Shown: piece after piece, positions 1 to 12,843 of the stretch | How the letters are laid out: the number at the start of each line of letters is the position of its first letter | How positions within the stretch are numbered: position 1 is the stretch's first letter | Assembly: GCA_002189035.1 (NCBI GenBank) | Contig: NEEC01000002.1 | Location: forward strand, 3,286,001 to 3,350,000 | Length of the DNA stretch: 64,000 bases | Direction: 5' to 3' | Source: Utricularia gibba | Lineage: Eukaryota > Plantae > Magnoliophyta | The notes under the pieces: generated by a model | Database searches by the model: none | The model's input: only the letters and a program-made list of their open reading frames with translations | Told to the model about the DNA's origin: nothing | Program-made: the position numbers and the translations under genes

Positions 1-600
1 TTTGATGCAGAACTGCTGCAGGGCCATCACCTCCAGCCCCCTCCATTATGAATTTGGTAGAGAACAGCAATAAACTTATAATAAATCTGCTTCCACAGTC
101 AAGACAGACAGCAAGTAAACAGCAATTTCATCAATCAAATTGTAAACCAGCGCAGTGCACATGAAGTAAAAACGGCAAAAAGCGGTTGTAATGAAACACA
201 GAAATGACGAAGAAACACGAAGCCCTAGGAAATCAATCTTCACCACTAAAGTCACAACGAATAAATCTGCATATAAGCACCCCTAATTACCCAGAATACC
301 ACAGTTCTACATACACACGCATACAGAGGAAAGAAAAAATGGTAAAAAGAAAAAAAAAATTAACGAGGACAAAACTAGATCCAGAAATAGCAATTCCTCC
401 ACATGAATCAAATCTGACCAGCGTACATATCAACGAAACCAAATTCTGATTAAGCAACAAGCTTGAAGATGATCGCAAGAAGAATACCTGAAGAGATCGA
501 TTCACCCTTGGTTGACGAGAAACAGAGTTGAGAGGGGAACGCTGCTCAATAGAGGAGTTGTGAGGTGAAATATCAAGATGACCGACGAGAACACGTCAGC
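1..600 (-). CDS. 5' end of an unidentified gene running off the left edge (MEGAGGDGPAAVLHQ...)
   Basis: ATG at 46-44 opens a frame to the window edge. Upstream is a plausible 5'UTR intron (GT donor at 487, AG acceptor at 88-87) and a leader exon at ~488-600. Only 15 codons are visible. Confidence 0.4.
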
Positions 601-2852
601 CCAGGAAAGGACACCCTTCATCTCCAAACGACGTCGTACCAAAGGGTCAAATCGTCATTTCCTTTCCAACTCCAAATACATTTCGAAAACTAAACTAGTA
701 TTTCGGAAACTTTCTCTTTTTTTCTATTTTTAAAATACCAAAAGTAATTTTGTTACTCAACAATGTCGATTTCTATTTCTATTTATTCTTAATCACATGT
801 AATAAACAGTAAAATAAAAAAGTAATTGGAATTCAATTTCTCTTTTTACTTCAATTTCTTGAATAAAATCTCAAAAAAATTCTAACAACAAAATAATTCA
901 CTCTCATATTCATTCTCTCCTATCTTCTTGAATAGTTTAAAGGATAGAGGGAATTCTGGGAGAATTAGATGAGCGAGGATAAAAATGATTTCACCAACCT
1001 TTTTCATTCATCAAGATACAATGACGTTAATAGATTTGAATACAGCATGCTTGTTTTGTTTATTAATTCATTAAAGTTATTCTATTTAATTTTGAATATG
1101 CTAATCGTTAGTTATTCTATAGTAAAATCAGAATTTCAAATTTTGTGATTAACTTCAGAAATTATTGAATTTCTTTAATATTTATTTTAAATATCAAATA
1201 AGAGATTAATTAGAAAAATTATACTATTTATTTTTATTTATTTTAAAAATAAATTTATATCATAATATTAAATTATATAATAAGTTAATGTATTAAAATT
1301 TACAATATATCTTCTATTTTATTAAAATTTTATACTATATTTTTATTATCCTACAAAAAATTTTACAATCTCAAATTGATTCTATTTAAATAATATTAAA
1401 ACTGATTTTTTTCTATATAATCTGAAATACAACTCCAAATTACAGAACATGCCCAACTTCATCAACGAGTGCAAGAAAGAAGATGGAGCAAAATTCTATA
1501 ATGCCTTGGATAAAGTATCAATTTTTGCATGAATAAATTCTTAGATCTTTCTGATTATATGTATGTCAAATTTTTTTGATTTTGGTTATCTCTTGCATGA
1601 ATTATGAAAAGTTTTTGATGAATAATCTTCTTTTCTTTCTTCTTTATAAGAGTTGAAATTTAGAATATCCATATATATTTCATTCTTATCTTAAATAAAT
1701 ATATTAAAGTTAACTATAATGAATTTAGAAACCAAAAGGGTGCTCATGAATGTGATTTTCTCTCAAGTTATCAATCTTGAAAGATATCGAATGACTTTTG
1801 GCATTAGGATAAATTGGAATTTTTTTTTACTTATTATAGTTTTAGAAGTTTATTATTTACTAACATTTAACTTCTGAATTTAAATAAAAAATCATAATTA
1901 AATTCTTTTATCATATGCGTTCAAAAAATCTTTATTCTATTGTATAATATTTTTACTTTTTTTATTATTTTAACTCGTTTGAATTTTTGATTATTTATAA
2001 TAGTTTGATGATGATTAGGTTGAAATCATAAATCTTTGATAATATTGAATTTCTAATTAGTTCGTATTAATTATTTAAATAATATTTATATTTACATTGT
2101 ACATTAATAATTTTATAAAAACATTTTGAAAAAGCATTAGGCTCGTGAGCCAAATAAGGTTAACCTGGTCCAATTAATAATTGACTTAGAATTAAGATAA
2201 TTAAAGCTCATAAGATCGAGTTTCACTGCGATCTTCAACACTTGGATACAATAATTCCAAGGAGATGTTCAACCACTAACACTCAACTCTAAATTCTTTA
2301 AATTGAAAGAACATTTGGTGTTTGAAAAAAAAAAAGTTCCCACATTGTGAATAATATGCCATGTAATTTGAACTTTTACTATCAAATACCTTTATAATTT
2401 TCTATAAATAATATTTACAATCTCTTTTTATTCTTATCAATTATTTTTATTTCTATAAAATATTTTTGAAAAAATAAAAATAGACTTTAAAAATTTTTCA
2501 GAACATTGATTTACATTTCTAATTCCATTTTATAACTTACTTCTACTTCTACTTTTAGAGAAATAAAAATTCATTGTAAAATGTTTCAAGAACAATTGTT
2601 AAAGCCATTTTCCTTTCTTCATTTTTCTATTTCTGTGTTGACCCTTGACCTTGAATCAGAGTCATGACATCGCATCCATGGCGAAGAACTCTACTTGGGC
2701 ACTTTGGTGGAACGAATTGACATTGAGGCACCTAATTCAAGGTAACCAGAATCGAGAAATCTATACGTGCTTAATGTTCGACGATGACATGCAGAGGGGA
2801 CCAATTTCAGGGGAAAAAATAGGCGCAGAAGTCCCAGCGGATTCTCTAGTCC

Positions 2853-5356
2853 TCAGTCTTTCCCAAAATCAGCGCTGTAGTGAGCACTTGATTCCAGCTT
2901 CTTGGCTTCGTTCAGCTTCCGGACAGCCTGAGGAATGTATTCAAATACTTGAGGTGGGGGAGTAACGGGAGCATCAAACTGCCCTTCCAAGAATCAAATT
3001 TTACCTTCATGAAATCTTCATGGATGACATAATCCCGCTCCGCCCTGATTGCAGACATTCCAGCCTCGGTACAGATGTTTCGAAGGTCAGCCCCATTGAA
3101 GCCCTGAATATTTTTACCCGTGCTGAGGTTAGTACATTGCGAAAGGGATGAGAGTGCGTAACGCATTGTTTTATTTAGCTTACTTCAGCCAGTTTAACCA
3201 CAGCTTCATAATCTATATCACCGTGTTTGGCGATTCCAGCAGCATGTATCTTCAAGATTTCCATTCTGGACTGTTCGTTGGGCAACGGAATTTCTATTTT
3301 CCGGTCTAAACGTCCAGGACGAAGAAGAGCTGGGTCCAGGACATCGGGTCGGTTTGTTGCCATTATCATTTTAACCTGTAAAGTAACAGTTGGGGTTGTG
3401 GCAGATCATCCCTATGAAGTCGAAAACATTCTGACCGAGCAGGAAATGTTTACCTTCCCGAGCTGGTCGAAGCCATCAAGCTGGTTGAGTAGCTCCATGA
3501 GGGTCCTCTGAATCTCGCGGTCAGCACTGGTTCCCTCACTAAAGCGGCGGCCACCGATGGCGTCAATCTCATCCATGAATATAATGCATGGCTTCAACAC
3601 AACATTAAACACTTGTAAACCCAGTCTAACTAACACCAAAATTTACGATGTACTTTCAGTAGATACCTGATGATCACGGGCATAGCCAAACATTTCTCTA
3701 ATCAACCTTGCGCTCTCGCCTATGTACTTGTCAATGATGGCACTTGATACAACCTGGAACAGAAATTGTGGGGATCCCATCAGCATACAGTGATTAATAC
3801 ATACAATGAGGAGGACACAGGTTTCCAGCACCTTCAAGAAACTAGCATCTATATTACTAGCAATAGCTCTTGCCAGCAATGTCTTTCCAGTCCCGGGAGG
3901 TCCATATAGGAGTACACCCTAGGATATAAGAGGCAATAATGACCCATTAACGAAGATAGTGTGCAAAAAATGGGAGGACACCGAGCAGTTCCAGGGGACA
4001 AAACCAACCTTAGGAGGCTTAATACCAACCCTGAGGAAGAGCTCAGGATTCATTAGAGGTAATTCTATAGATTCTCTCAGTTCTCTGATTTGATCCGACA
4101 AGCCACCCACAGCAGAGTAACTAACATTTCCTGGATCTTCATGAAGCATATTGTAAACAAGTGGATCTACCTGCAGCATGCAACAAAAGTAGAGAATTTG
4201 AGGTCCGAAAAATTCAGTAGAATGGCACTCATGCTATTTGGCAGTAACTCTTAGAAAATGCTGCACCTCACGAGGAAGAGCTCGCATGATGGTAAGAGTT
4301 GTCATGTCAAGAACTACCCTAGTGCCTGCTGTAAGTTTATCTTTATCAACTTTATTGCGGCAACCAACCACATATCTTGGGCCACTGCTTGCTTTTACGA
4401 TCACTGAAATAAGATAAAAAAAAATCCGCACGGAATTTAAAAGGGCCTGATATGGAATCTAAGAAATAAGTTGAATCAGAGGTACCAAATCTCAAAAATC
4501 CAAAAATTCTCCAAGAGTACGATTTTCTTTTTTTTTTGACAAAGAAATTTGCATATAACGATAAGGAAGCTAGTAGTTAACATGAAACCAAAACATTCAG
4601 AATGACATTTCCCAAATCAAAACATCGTCTTACAGCGTTCACTATCAAGAGGCCTGAGAACTTCGCCTATGATCTGCCCAACACTCTGAAGCGACTTTAA
4701 ATCGTCTTCAGTTTTAGCATACTCCTTCTTTTGAGCTCTTAACTCCTCCCTGACTATATAGTAAAAGACACTCACGCAAAAGCCGATTACAGGAAACAAC
4801 AATTCATTCACATAAGTGAAATACAGCAGAAAAGTGAAAAAGTGTTGTAGTACAAACATTCCCCGGAAAACAGAAACTTGATCCGTAAGTAAAAATCATG
4901 CAAACTACATTGGAGAAAAGCTGGAAAACATGTAGCAACAATTAAAATAACTTAGCTTTCTTGGATCGCAAATTGAACACCGACCAGCGAAATAGCATAG
5001 CTACTCATTTTCATCAATAACATATCAGCAGCCCCAAATTCAATTTCAAAAGCAACTCTGAAGCAAAGGTAGCCATAATACATTCCAATCCAAATCACCA
5101 AAAACTAGAGAGGCGATATACCATAAGAAAAAAGAAACTTAATTTACCGATCGCGTGAAAGAAAGCAACTTTGAAAAACCCATAACACTTCACACGACGG
5201 TTGCTAAAAAACTAAACGATACGGAAGTACAAAAATAGGGTTCGAAGAGGCGATACTCGATCGGACGCGACTTTGGGTTTCCTTATGGGCAAGAAGCTTA
5301 TTCCGGTACTCTGAAATCGCCGCCAGGCGTCGTCCGTCCACATTGTCGCCAGCCAT
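2853..5356 (-). CDS. RPT4: 26S proteasome AAA-ATPase regulatory subunit 4 (10B homolog)
   Basis: Ten GT-AG exons: 5356-5257, 4753-4634, 4403-4267, 4170-4009, 3918-3832, 3753-3667, 3591-3454, 3375-3184, 3103-3005, 2927-2853. Total 1197 nt (398 aa). Walker A GPPGTGKT, Walker [34 protein letters not shown]-terminus HYSADFGKD. Confidence 0.97.
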
Positions 5357-6289
5357 CGGAAATTCCTCAAGCTTCCTCGGTGGCCCGACCCCAACTTCAC
5401 TCAATTCCAACGGAAAAGGCAAAGGTATTTGACCCGACCCGGATTGCTGCACAAGAAAGAATGAGAATACGACACGACGGATGCGGGCCAGGCCGGGATG
5501 GTAATGGGCCGGACCATAAATTTTAAATGAATAATCAATTCCCGTTCAAAATCACTTGTCGGACAATTATACCGTAATCTTTCTTAGTATAGGATGATAT
5601 ACTTCTTACTTATTTGATAGATAATTGTATCCATATTTTTCTAAGTTATATGGTATATTTTTAAACCCATCATCTAGATAGGTTTAGAAATAACCATATG
5701 CGTATAAATATTTTTTTGACAATTATATCCTTTTATATATAAAAATATATATATAATGTACTTGTTTCTTTCAAATGGATTTTTTGGATTCCTTAGCTCA
5801 TTGAAAATTGATTGAATTTCCACAAATCTTGAGCAGATAATAATTCTTTTTAAATTTCATAATGATGATTTCTACTATACTCTTTTTATTTTTGTTTTTA
5901 GTTGTTCAATATGGGAAAGAAGATTTTAAAAACTATGATTTTGAGGGATTTTCATATGATTTTGGTAATGTAGAACTTGTGTATTCTAATTTTTAAGTTT
6001 TTGTTGTGTTTAGGGTTCTCAATTTTTTATTACTTGAAGCATTCTAATGGTATTCAACATTTTATCAATTATGGATAATAATATTGTACACACGACAATA
6101 ATTTTGATTGTATGCCAAATAATTGCTTGGAATTTGATGTTTATGAAGTATATTGGTCAATAATATTTGGGGGAAATTGATGAAAGTGATAAAAGTAGTG
6201 AAATCAACCAACAATGGAAAAAATAATCAAATGTTAAGAAAATTCCTATACAAATTGATACTTTTAATAGAATTGTGTCTGATATTAAC

Positions 6290-6450
6290 AGCAAACATTA
6301 AAAAGTTTGAAAATGAATTAAGATACATTTTGCATGATTGTACATTATATGATTTAATTCAATCAAGATATGTGAGAGTGCAAGAAAAAGTGGCAATATT
6401 TTTAGGAACACTTGCTCATCATACAAAAATGGAATTATTAAAGGTCAACA
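6290..6450 (+). mobile_element. PIF/Harbinger-like transposase fragment, degenerate
   Basis: ORF 6153-6494 contains QSRYVRVQEKVAIFLGTLAHH, resembling the VSVEEQVAIFLxxLGH motif of plant Harbinger transposases. Confidence 0.5.
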
Positions 6451-7539
6451 TACAAAAGCAAGTGTTGCGTATCATGTTAAGTGTCATTTTCTAATTATTT
6501 ATTAATATTATTAGGTGTTAATCTAGTATTAAGTTGTCTAAATTAGTAGTCTTATTATTAAATATTTGATTTTTATTAAAAAAATTCTATTTTCCTATTT
6601 TGTATATATTTTTTGTCTTTTTTCGTATTCTTTGACCGAGACATGTCAGGAGACTATCATGGAATGTTGCAGAAGTATTACAGGTGGTCAAAGTCTGACT
6701 TTTGTGCTAACCTATTATAAATTATCACGAATTTGTATAAGAGGTTTAAAATATTGAAACATAAAATAAACTGCAAGTAATAGATTTTGATTAAGAGAAG
6801 TAGATCTTTGGAAAGAGATTTTATTTTCTTCTCATTCCAATCATTATAAGGTGCGTCTACTCATTGGATTTCAAATATATGATGTTTTTAATATTCACCA
6901 TATACTACTTTATCATTGAAAGGTAAATACTTTTACACCTAGAGAGGATGATGTAGGAGGGATTGGGCCAACTAAATCCAATTCCCTCGACAGCCCATTA
7001 CCTTAAATATTTTTACGTGAATTAGGGTAGGAGGGAGACTTATTTCAGACATGTCAACGAGTTGAGACGAGCTAAAATGGCTGGATTGTTATTTTTTTAT
7101 TTCCGTATTTTGCTTGAAGTTCCTTGTTCATTGTGACTTGTGAGACTATGACCTCTTGTTGATTTTCTATTCCTCGTTAGCTATGACTTATAAGACTATG
7201 ACTTCTTATTAATTTTCTATTTTTTATTCTAAGAACTAGAGGTTGTGACCGTTGAGATATCACCTTTTTAGAGTAATATTTGCTTTAGTTACTTGTATTC
7301 TTGACTAGTTTTTGGATAATGAATTTTGGGGAGTTTGTGTAGAATTTCTTGCCATTGAACTACATCAAACAGGCTTATACCACTGATCAAAAACAATTTA
7401 TGCACATGTCTGGTTAGTGTTTCATTACTTGATTGTGTTTTTATTGTTTGTTCTAATCTTTCGCAAACGTATTGATGCATATAAAAAAATATAAATATGA
7501 ATGATTGAAATAAGTATACCTACACAAGTATAGTAATGG

Positions 7540-10500
7540 AAAAACGGCAAGCTCCATGCAGTATTGTGTTCATCCCTCGATTCGATTGGTTATCATAGTA
7601 TCAATCATTCGACATGAATGTGATATTGTTCAAGTTTTGGGTTTCATTTTGGACAAATATGTGAATGCACTTATGTTCTTCTCTTCGATTCTCTTTATAT
7701 AAATATTAAATTTCTCTTTGTACCCCATTAAAGCAGCTTTATTGAATAGGCTCTTCAAATTCTCAAACTTATAGTAATCAAAGAAACTAGAGCAAAGGTG
7801 GTGGAAAGAGTAACAGTGGCATCCACTATATTTCTCAATGAAAGCAAATACATGTTTTATAAAATTTTTTTAATTGACTCATGCCTATGTCAAATTAGGC
7901 ATATGGGTTAATCAAGAATGATGTGCTCTTATTTTATCCAAAAATCATAACCAAGATTTATTGGTATCTTCATCAACAATATCAAAAGCTATTGGAAGAA
8001 GGTTAATTATAGGTGATATAACCGGCCTTAAATGCAAGTATGTATGCATACATGGATTAAATGACCAAAACATATATTACATATTCACGCCGCCACTTTT
8101 GTGTTTTCAATTAATCACTATCTTAGGATACTGAATAACACCCTCATTGAAAAAAATCAGAAGTTTTTACAAAGATGTCATCCAAATGTCATAAATGAGC
8201 TCGAAAGTCTTATATAGCCCACACCATACACGATGATATGGGATTTTGTAACTACTAATGGTTTCAATAGTAGTATTATTGTCACAACCTTTATACCTAT
8301 ATTTGACTGCACAAATGGTTTCACTATCTTTGAAATTTATCTTGAATTAACGTTTTTGTGTCAAAAAAAACCAATAACAAGTCATCTACATGTGTGAGAG
8401 TTGGCATGTTTAGTAATTTTTCGCTTACTGATTCTTTTATAATAAGCAGCATAGATTCTTTATTTGTAATTGGTTTCTTTGTGATGTTTATATATTATGT
8501 ATGGTAAACAACGTTCACTATTAGTTATGTGTATGTGTAATAGATTCTTATATGTATTCTTTTTCAATAAAAAACCATTGTCCCTCTTAGAAAATATCAA
8601 TAAAGGGTGCTGAGAGTGGTTCATCTAAAATGTCGCTCTCTTCTATCAAAGTAGACATTGATATTTATTATGTATTTCTTATTATTCTTCTTTTTTGCCT
8701 CAAAATCTAAGTTTTCATGTTTTTTTTTAGGGAGAACATTCGCGCTAAAAACTTTGTAGTCATTATTATAATTTAGCATTGAATTACCGTTGATATTTGA
8801 AGCTAGACCGAAGTTATATTCCAACAAATTGTCCAGATTTTCTTGTAAAAAATCATTATATTTGTGCTCACTAAGCACCTTATTCATATATGGTATTTGA
8901 TAATAACCAAAATGTTCGGATTAATGCCCTAGATTATAAATATTACTTGAGCTTGCGGTGAATTGATGAGTATCAAATATGAAAATAAATCCATAGGAAC
9001 AGTGGTATGACTAGGTTTGTGTAGAAAAAATAAGTTTATTTGGAATGATAGTTATGTATAATGTATTTTGTTACTTATAGAGTCGGAATATTGCGTTGAA
9101 AGTTACAAATCATATAAAAATGAAGAAACTTCAATTACCTAATATAATTCGGATTGTAGATTATCTAGTGTAGCATCTATGTGAAATTGCATAATTCATT
9201 AAGGAGGTTTGTCATAAGAAATATAAGTTCTATAGTTGATTATATTGCTCTGCAAAAATACTATGTACATAACTAACTCAGAAGATATGATGTTGATAAA
9301 GCAAAAACTTGTACATTTCCTTGCAAAAAAAGAAGAATAGTGTATTGTGGATATAACTTTTTTGATGTTTCAGATGAATACAAAATATTTGACAAAATAG
9401 ATAATGAGAAGATTATTAGTGCATTAACGAAATGTGTAAGTACTAATGGTGTGGCTATTTTTACCGAATACTTTTTTTATGGATTACGTTTACCAATCTT
9501 GCCGTTTATCTTGTCAATCCTTCATTGTATTGATTGTTTTATCAGCTAAATTAACCCCAAAATAACTAGGGTATGTTCTTATTTTCCTTGAAATTTGCAA
9601 TAAACAAAACATCTCACTTGATCTTGATTTTTTTTCGCTATTACTGTGTGTATTTATACCAAAAAAGCCAATAGCTATACGCTTTGAGAAAGGCTTGGTA
9701 TTAAATTGATTGATGATTTAAGGAGTAGATATGAGGATTGGATGACATCCTTCATATAGATTGCATTATTATGTAATTATTGACTTGATTTTCCAAGAAT
9801 GATAGTAGGAAGAGATGGCATAAGTGAGCCAAAAGTTGAAATTTTTCTTTCAAAAATTAGAATTTATTTTGTTTTTTTATAAGCATCATAGTTATTTGTA
9901 AATAATTTTGATTTAATAAAAAAATTTTGGTGTCGTATGATGAGATACTAAATAGTGACAATAAGGTTATGGAAGATTAAGAGTAATAACTAGAAACCGT
10001 CAACATACAATATAGAGATATGTCAACGTCTTATTAATCAATGTTACCAGTTGAATGAATCAACAATGATTCCCCAATTGGAAGAAAATTGATTATGTTT
10101 GATTTAAATTAGATTTTTTGTGATCTATTATTATATAGCGTTATTTCCAGAGATATTTGTATTCACAATCTATACATAAAAATATATTAAAGAAGGTAAA
10201 AAAATTATTTTTTGATTTAACGGTTGCTCGATTATTTTTTACATTAATTAACTTTGATTCACTAGTTTAAATTATTTATCAAAATTAACTCATTATGTAT
10301 TTATTTTTTCATATGCAGTATATTTAAGACCTGTTGCTAGAACATTCATAATTTGATCTTTTGAACACTTTGATATTGCAATTCAATCATCATGTGTAGA
10401 GTATAATGTAATGTATATACTATTAATATATTTAAAAACTTACATTACTTGGATTAATTATTTTTTAGAGCTCAATTAACATGAATACTTTAATAGATCT

Positions 10501-11470
10501 TCGGATATAGTAGATGAATTCAATGGATATTTGAGTAAGATGCGCGTCTTATGTCACTCCAATTTATGTAAAAATTATTGACATGCTATTCAAGAATATT
10601 TATGAATGTATAAGTTAATTGAGGTTATATCATTAAAAAAATAAAAAATTAAAACAATATAATAAAATCCAAATTCTAATAAATTTTGTAGTCTAATACC
10701 TAAATAATGTCTATATATATTGGAAAGTTTATTATATATTTGAATGTAATCTATAAATAAATATTGTTTATATTTATTTGAGAATTATTATTTTATTATA
10801 TATATTTTAATTAAAATTTTATTTTATTTTATATAAATTTTATTGTATATATTTTTTATTTCATGGGAGATAAAAAAAAACTCCAATACTACTTGAAAAA
10901 AATCATAGGTAACACAAATTTAAAATAAAAAAAAAGTATTTGATCCAAATAATACTGATTTAAGATAAATAAAAGGGGGACTCGATCCATATAATACTTT
11001 AGGATCTGATGATATAAATTACATATTTAAAATAAAAAATAGATATTCAATTCAAATAACATTTTAGGATTGGATGATGAATAATATAAATTTAAAATAA
11101 AAAAGTACTTAATCTAAATAAAACATTTGGATCAAGTGATTCATAATATAAATTTTAAATAAAAACATATCCTCACAAAAAAATATACTAAATGCAAATA
11201 ACATCTAATGTTCAAATAGCTTTCTTATGATAATATTTTTATATTCATTATTTCAATAAAAATGGTTCAAAAAAGTAAATTTCAATAATAAATAAAAATG
11301 AATATATATTTTTCAGAATTATATTTAATTAAGATTTATCAATGTTTAATAAAGGGATTTATTTTTGATAAATTAAAGTATTAAATAATATATTTAAACC
11401 TTGTTAAAAATATTAACTCAAGTATTTTTAAATTTAATGATATTTCTAATTCTTTACTTATTTTAAATTT
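7540..11470 (-). mobile_element. Decayed Mutator-like element (MULE), copy 1; transposase remnant on minus strand
   Basis: Minus-strand remnants NYK*RIYAAY (MuDR domain), LLPIAFDIVDEDTNKSWL*FL (MULE DDE region) and KFENLKSLFNKAALMGYKEKF. Plus-strand FFYGLRLPILPFIL (ORF 9340-9549) is typical of TE accessory ORFs. Collinear inverted homology to 16690-20300. Confidence 0.7.
10915..11170 (+). repeat. ~60-bp degenerate tandem array inside MULE copy 1
   Basis: Repeated unit resembling AAATTTAAAATAAAAAA..TTCAAATAA..TTTTAGGAT..GATGA..ATAATAT. The reverse-complement array lies at ~16950-17330. Confidence 0.65.
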
Positions 11471-12843
11471 ATTTTTAGTAAGTACTAATTATAAATTAAT
11501 TTATTATAATTAATACAAAACAACTCTATTATTTACAAGGGGCCAGTATACGTCATTTGATGGAGACGTAGTCAAAATGAAAGGCCATATGGGCGAAGTC
11601 TCCTGGGCTTGATCTTGGCGTCCATTTGGACTAGACAAGCGTAGTCTGGCAAACACGACTGGTCCCCAAACTTGGGCCGACCCAAATTTTCCTCGTCCAC
11701 GTTTCAAAACCTGGCATCAACAAACTAGACGACGCAGCAGCTTCTGCGTGTATCCATGTCATACTCATAAGCGCCTGCAGCAAACAAGGAATGCATCCTT
11801 AAAACTCAACTGTGTTGCAGGGTTCTTGTATGCGAGTAGGAGACTTCAGAATCGGGTTTATGTGTAGCATTGGACAATGCAGTAGAAAAGGAAAAAAGAT
11901 CACTTGATTCAATATGCTTCCCTAAGATTTATGGGTCACCCGTAACCATGTCAGTTTCTATAGAACTGGTTTCCATTCTTGAATTCTTCCATGTTTGAGG
12001 CCATTTTCTGTGATGGGATTGGGATTTGGGAATGTGATAAATCACAATCTACAATTTTACTGCTGTTTCTTCTAATCATTAATGGAATTCTTGATAATTC
12101 ACAGGCAAAGGCAGTTAGTAAAGCTATTCCCAAAGAGGATCTAGAGTTTTATATGAATGTGAAAAGATCAAACCATGTCCATCACCCAGATTCGGAAAGC
12201 GAATTTCATGGTATTTTTCACACCTCCACGCCGTCCGTCTGTCGAGATATATGAAACACCAATCCCAGTCAGTCATTTGGCAAAATTTTGATGCATTAGG
12301 AGGTACTGAAGAGGCCTGTTGGCCAACCATAAAGAAAGGAATCACCGTTCTGTGAGTGAGTGAGCCGTTGCTTCAAACTTTTTTTAAGTCCCTTTTGCCG
12401 ACCAATTTAGTCTCTCCCTTTGAAGCTTGTTTGATATATGCTATAGATCATTACCTTTGCGGTCGAAGTTCCCGCGGATCTTCCAATAAGGTGTAGCCCC
12501 TCTGTCTTTGTTAATGCCCTGTTGATTAAACCTCCACCTTTTTCATCGCATTCTTCTTCTTCGGGATGTTTTCCCATTTGGGTTCTTGGGCATTTTTTTT
12601 GAATGATTCGAAGTCAATGATAGCTTCTTTTATTTTGGTTTGTTTGTTACTGTCATGTAGGCAATGCTTAATTTCCTATTGATTATACATTAGTTGATCG
12701 TGATTCTTGATTCGGTCGGCTTATTGATTTGTTTGGTTATGAATTTCTTGTAAGGTTTTGCTTCGTACTTGCTATGTGTTTCTGGGAATGGTTTTCAACA
12801 AAATATCCAATTTGATTACTTCTGTAGATTTTGTGTAGTCACG

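Noticed and set aside
2336-2348. TTCCCACATTG resembling the plant snRNA USE
   Set aside because: Imperfect match, wrong TATA spacing and only AT-rich sequence downstream.
10915-11170. ~60-bp periodic array as a CRISPR
   Set aside because: Degenerate tandem units without unique spacers, inside a plant TE.
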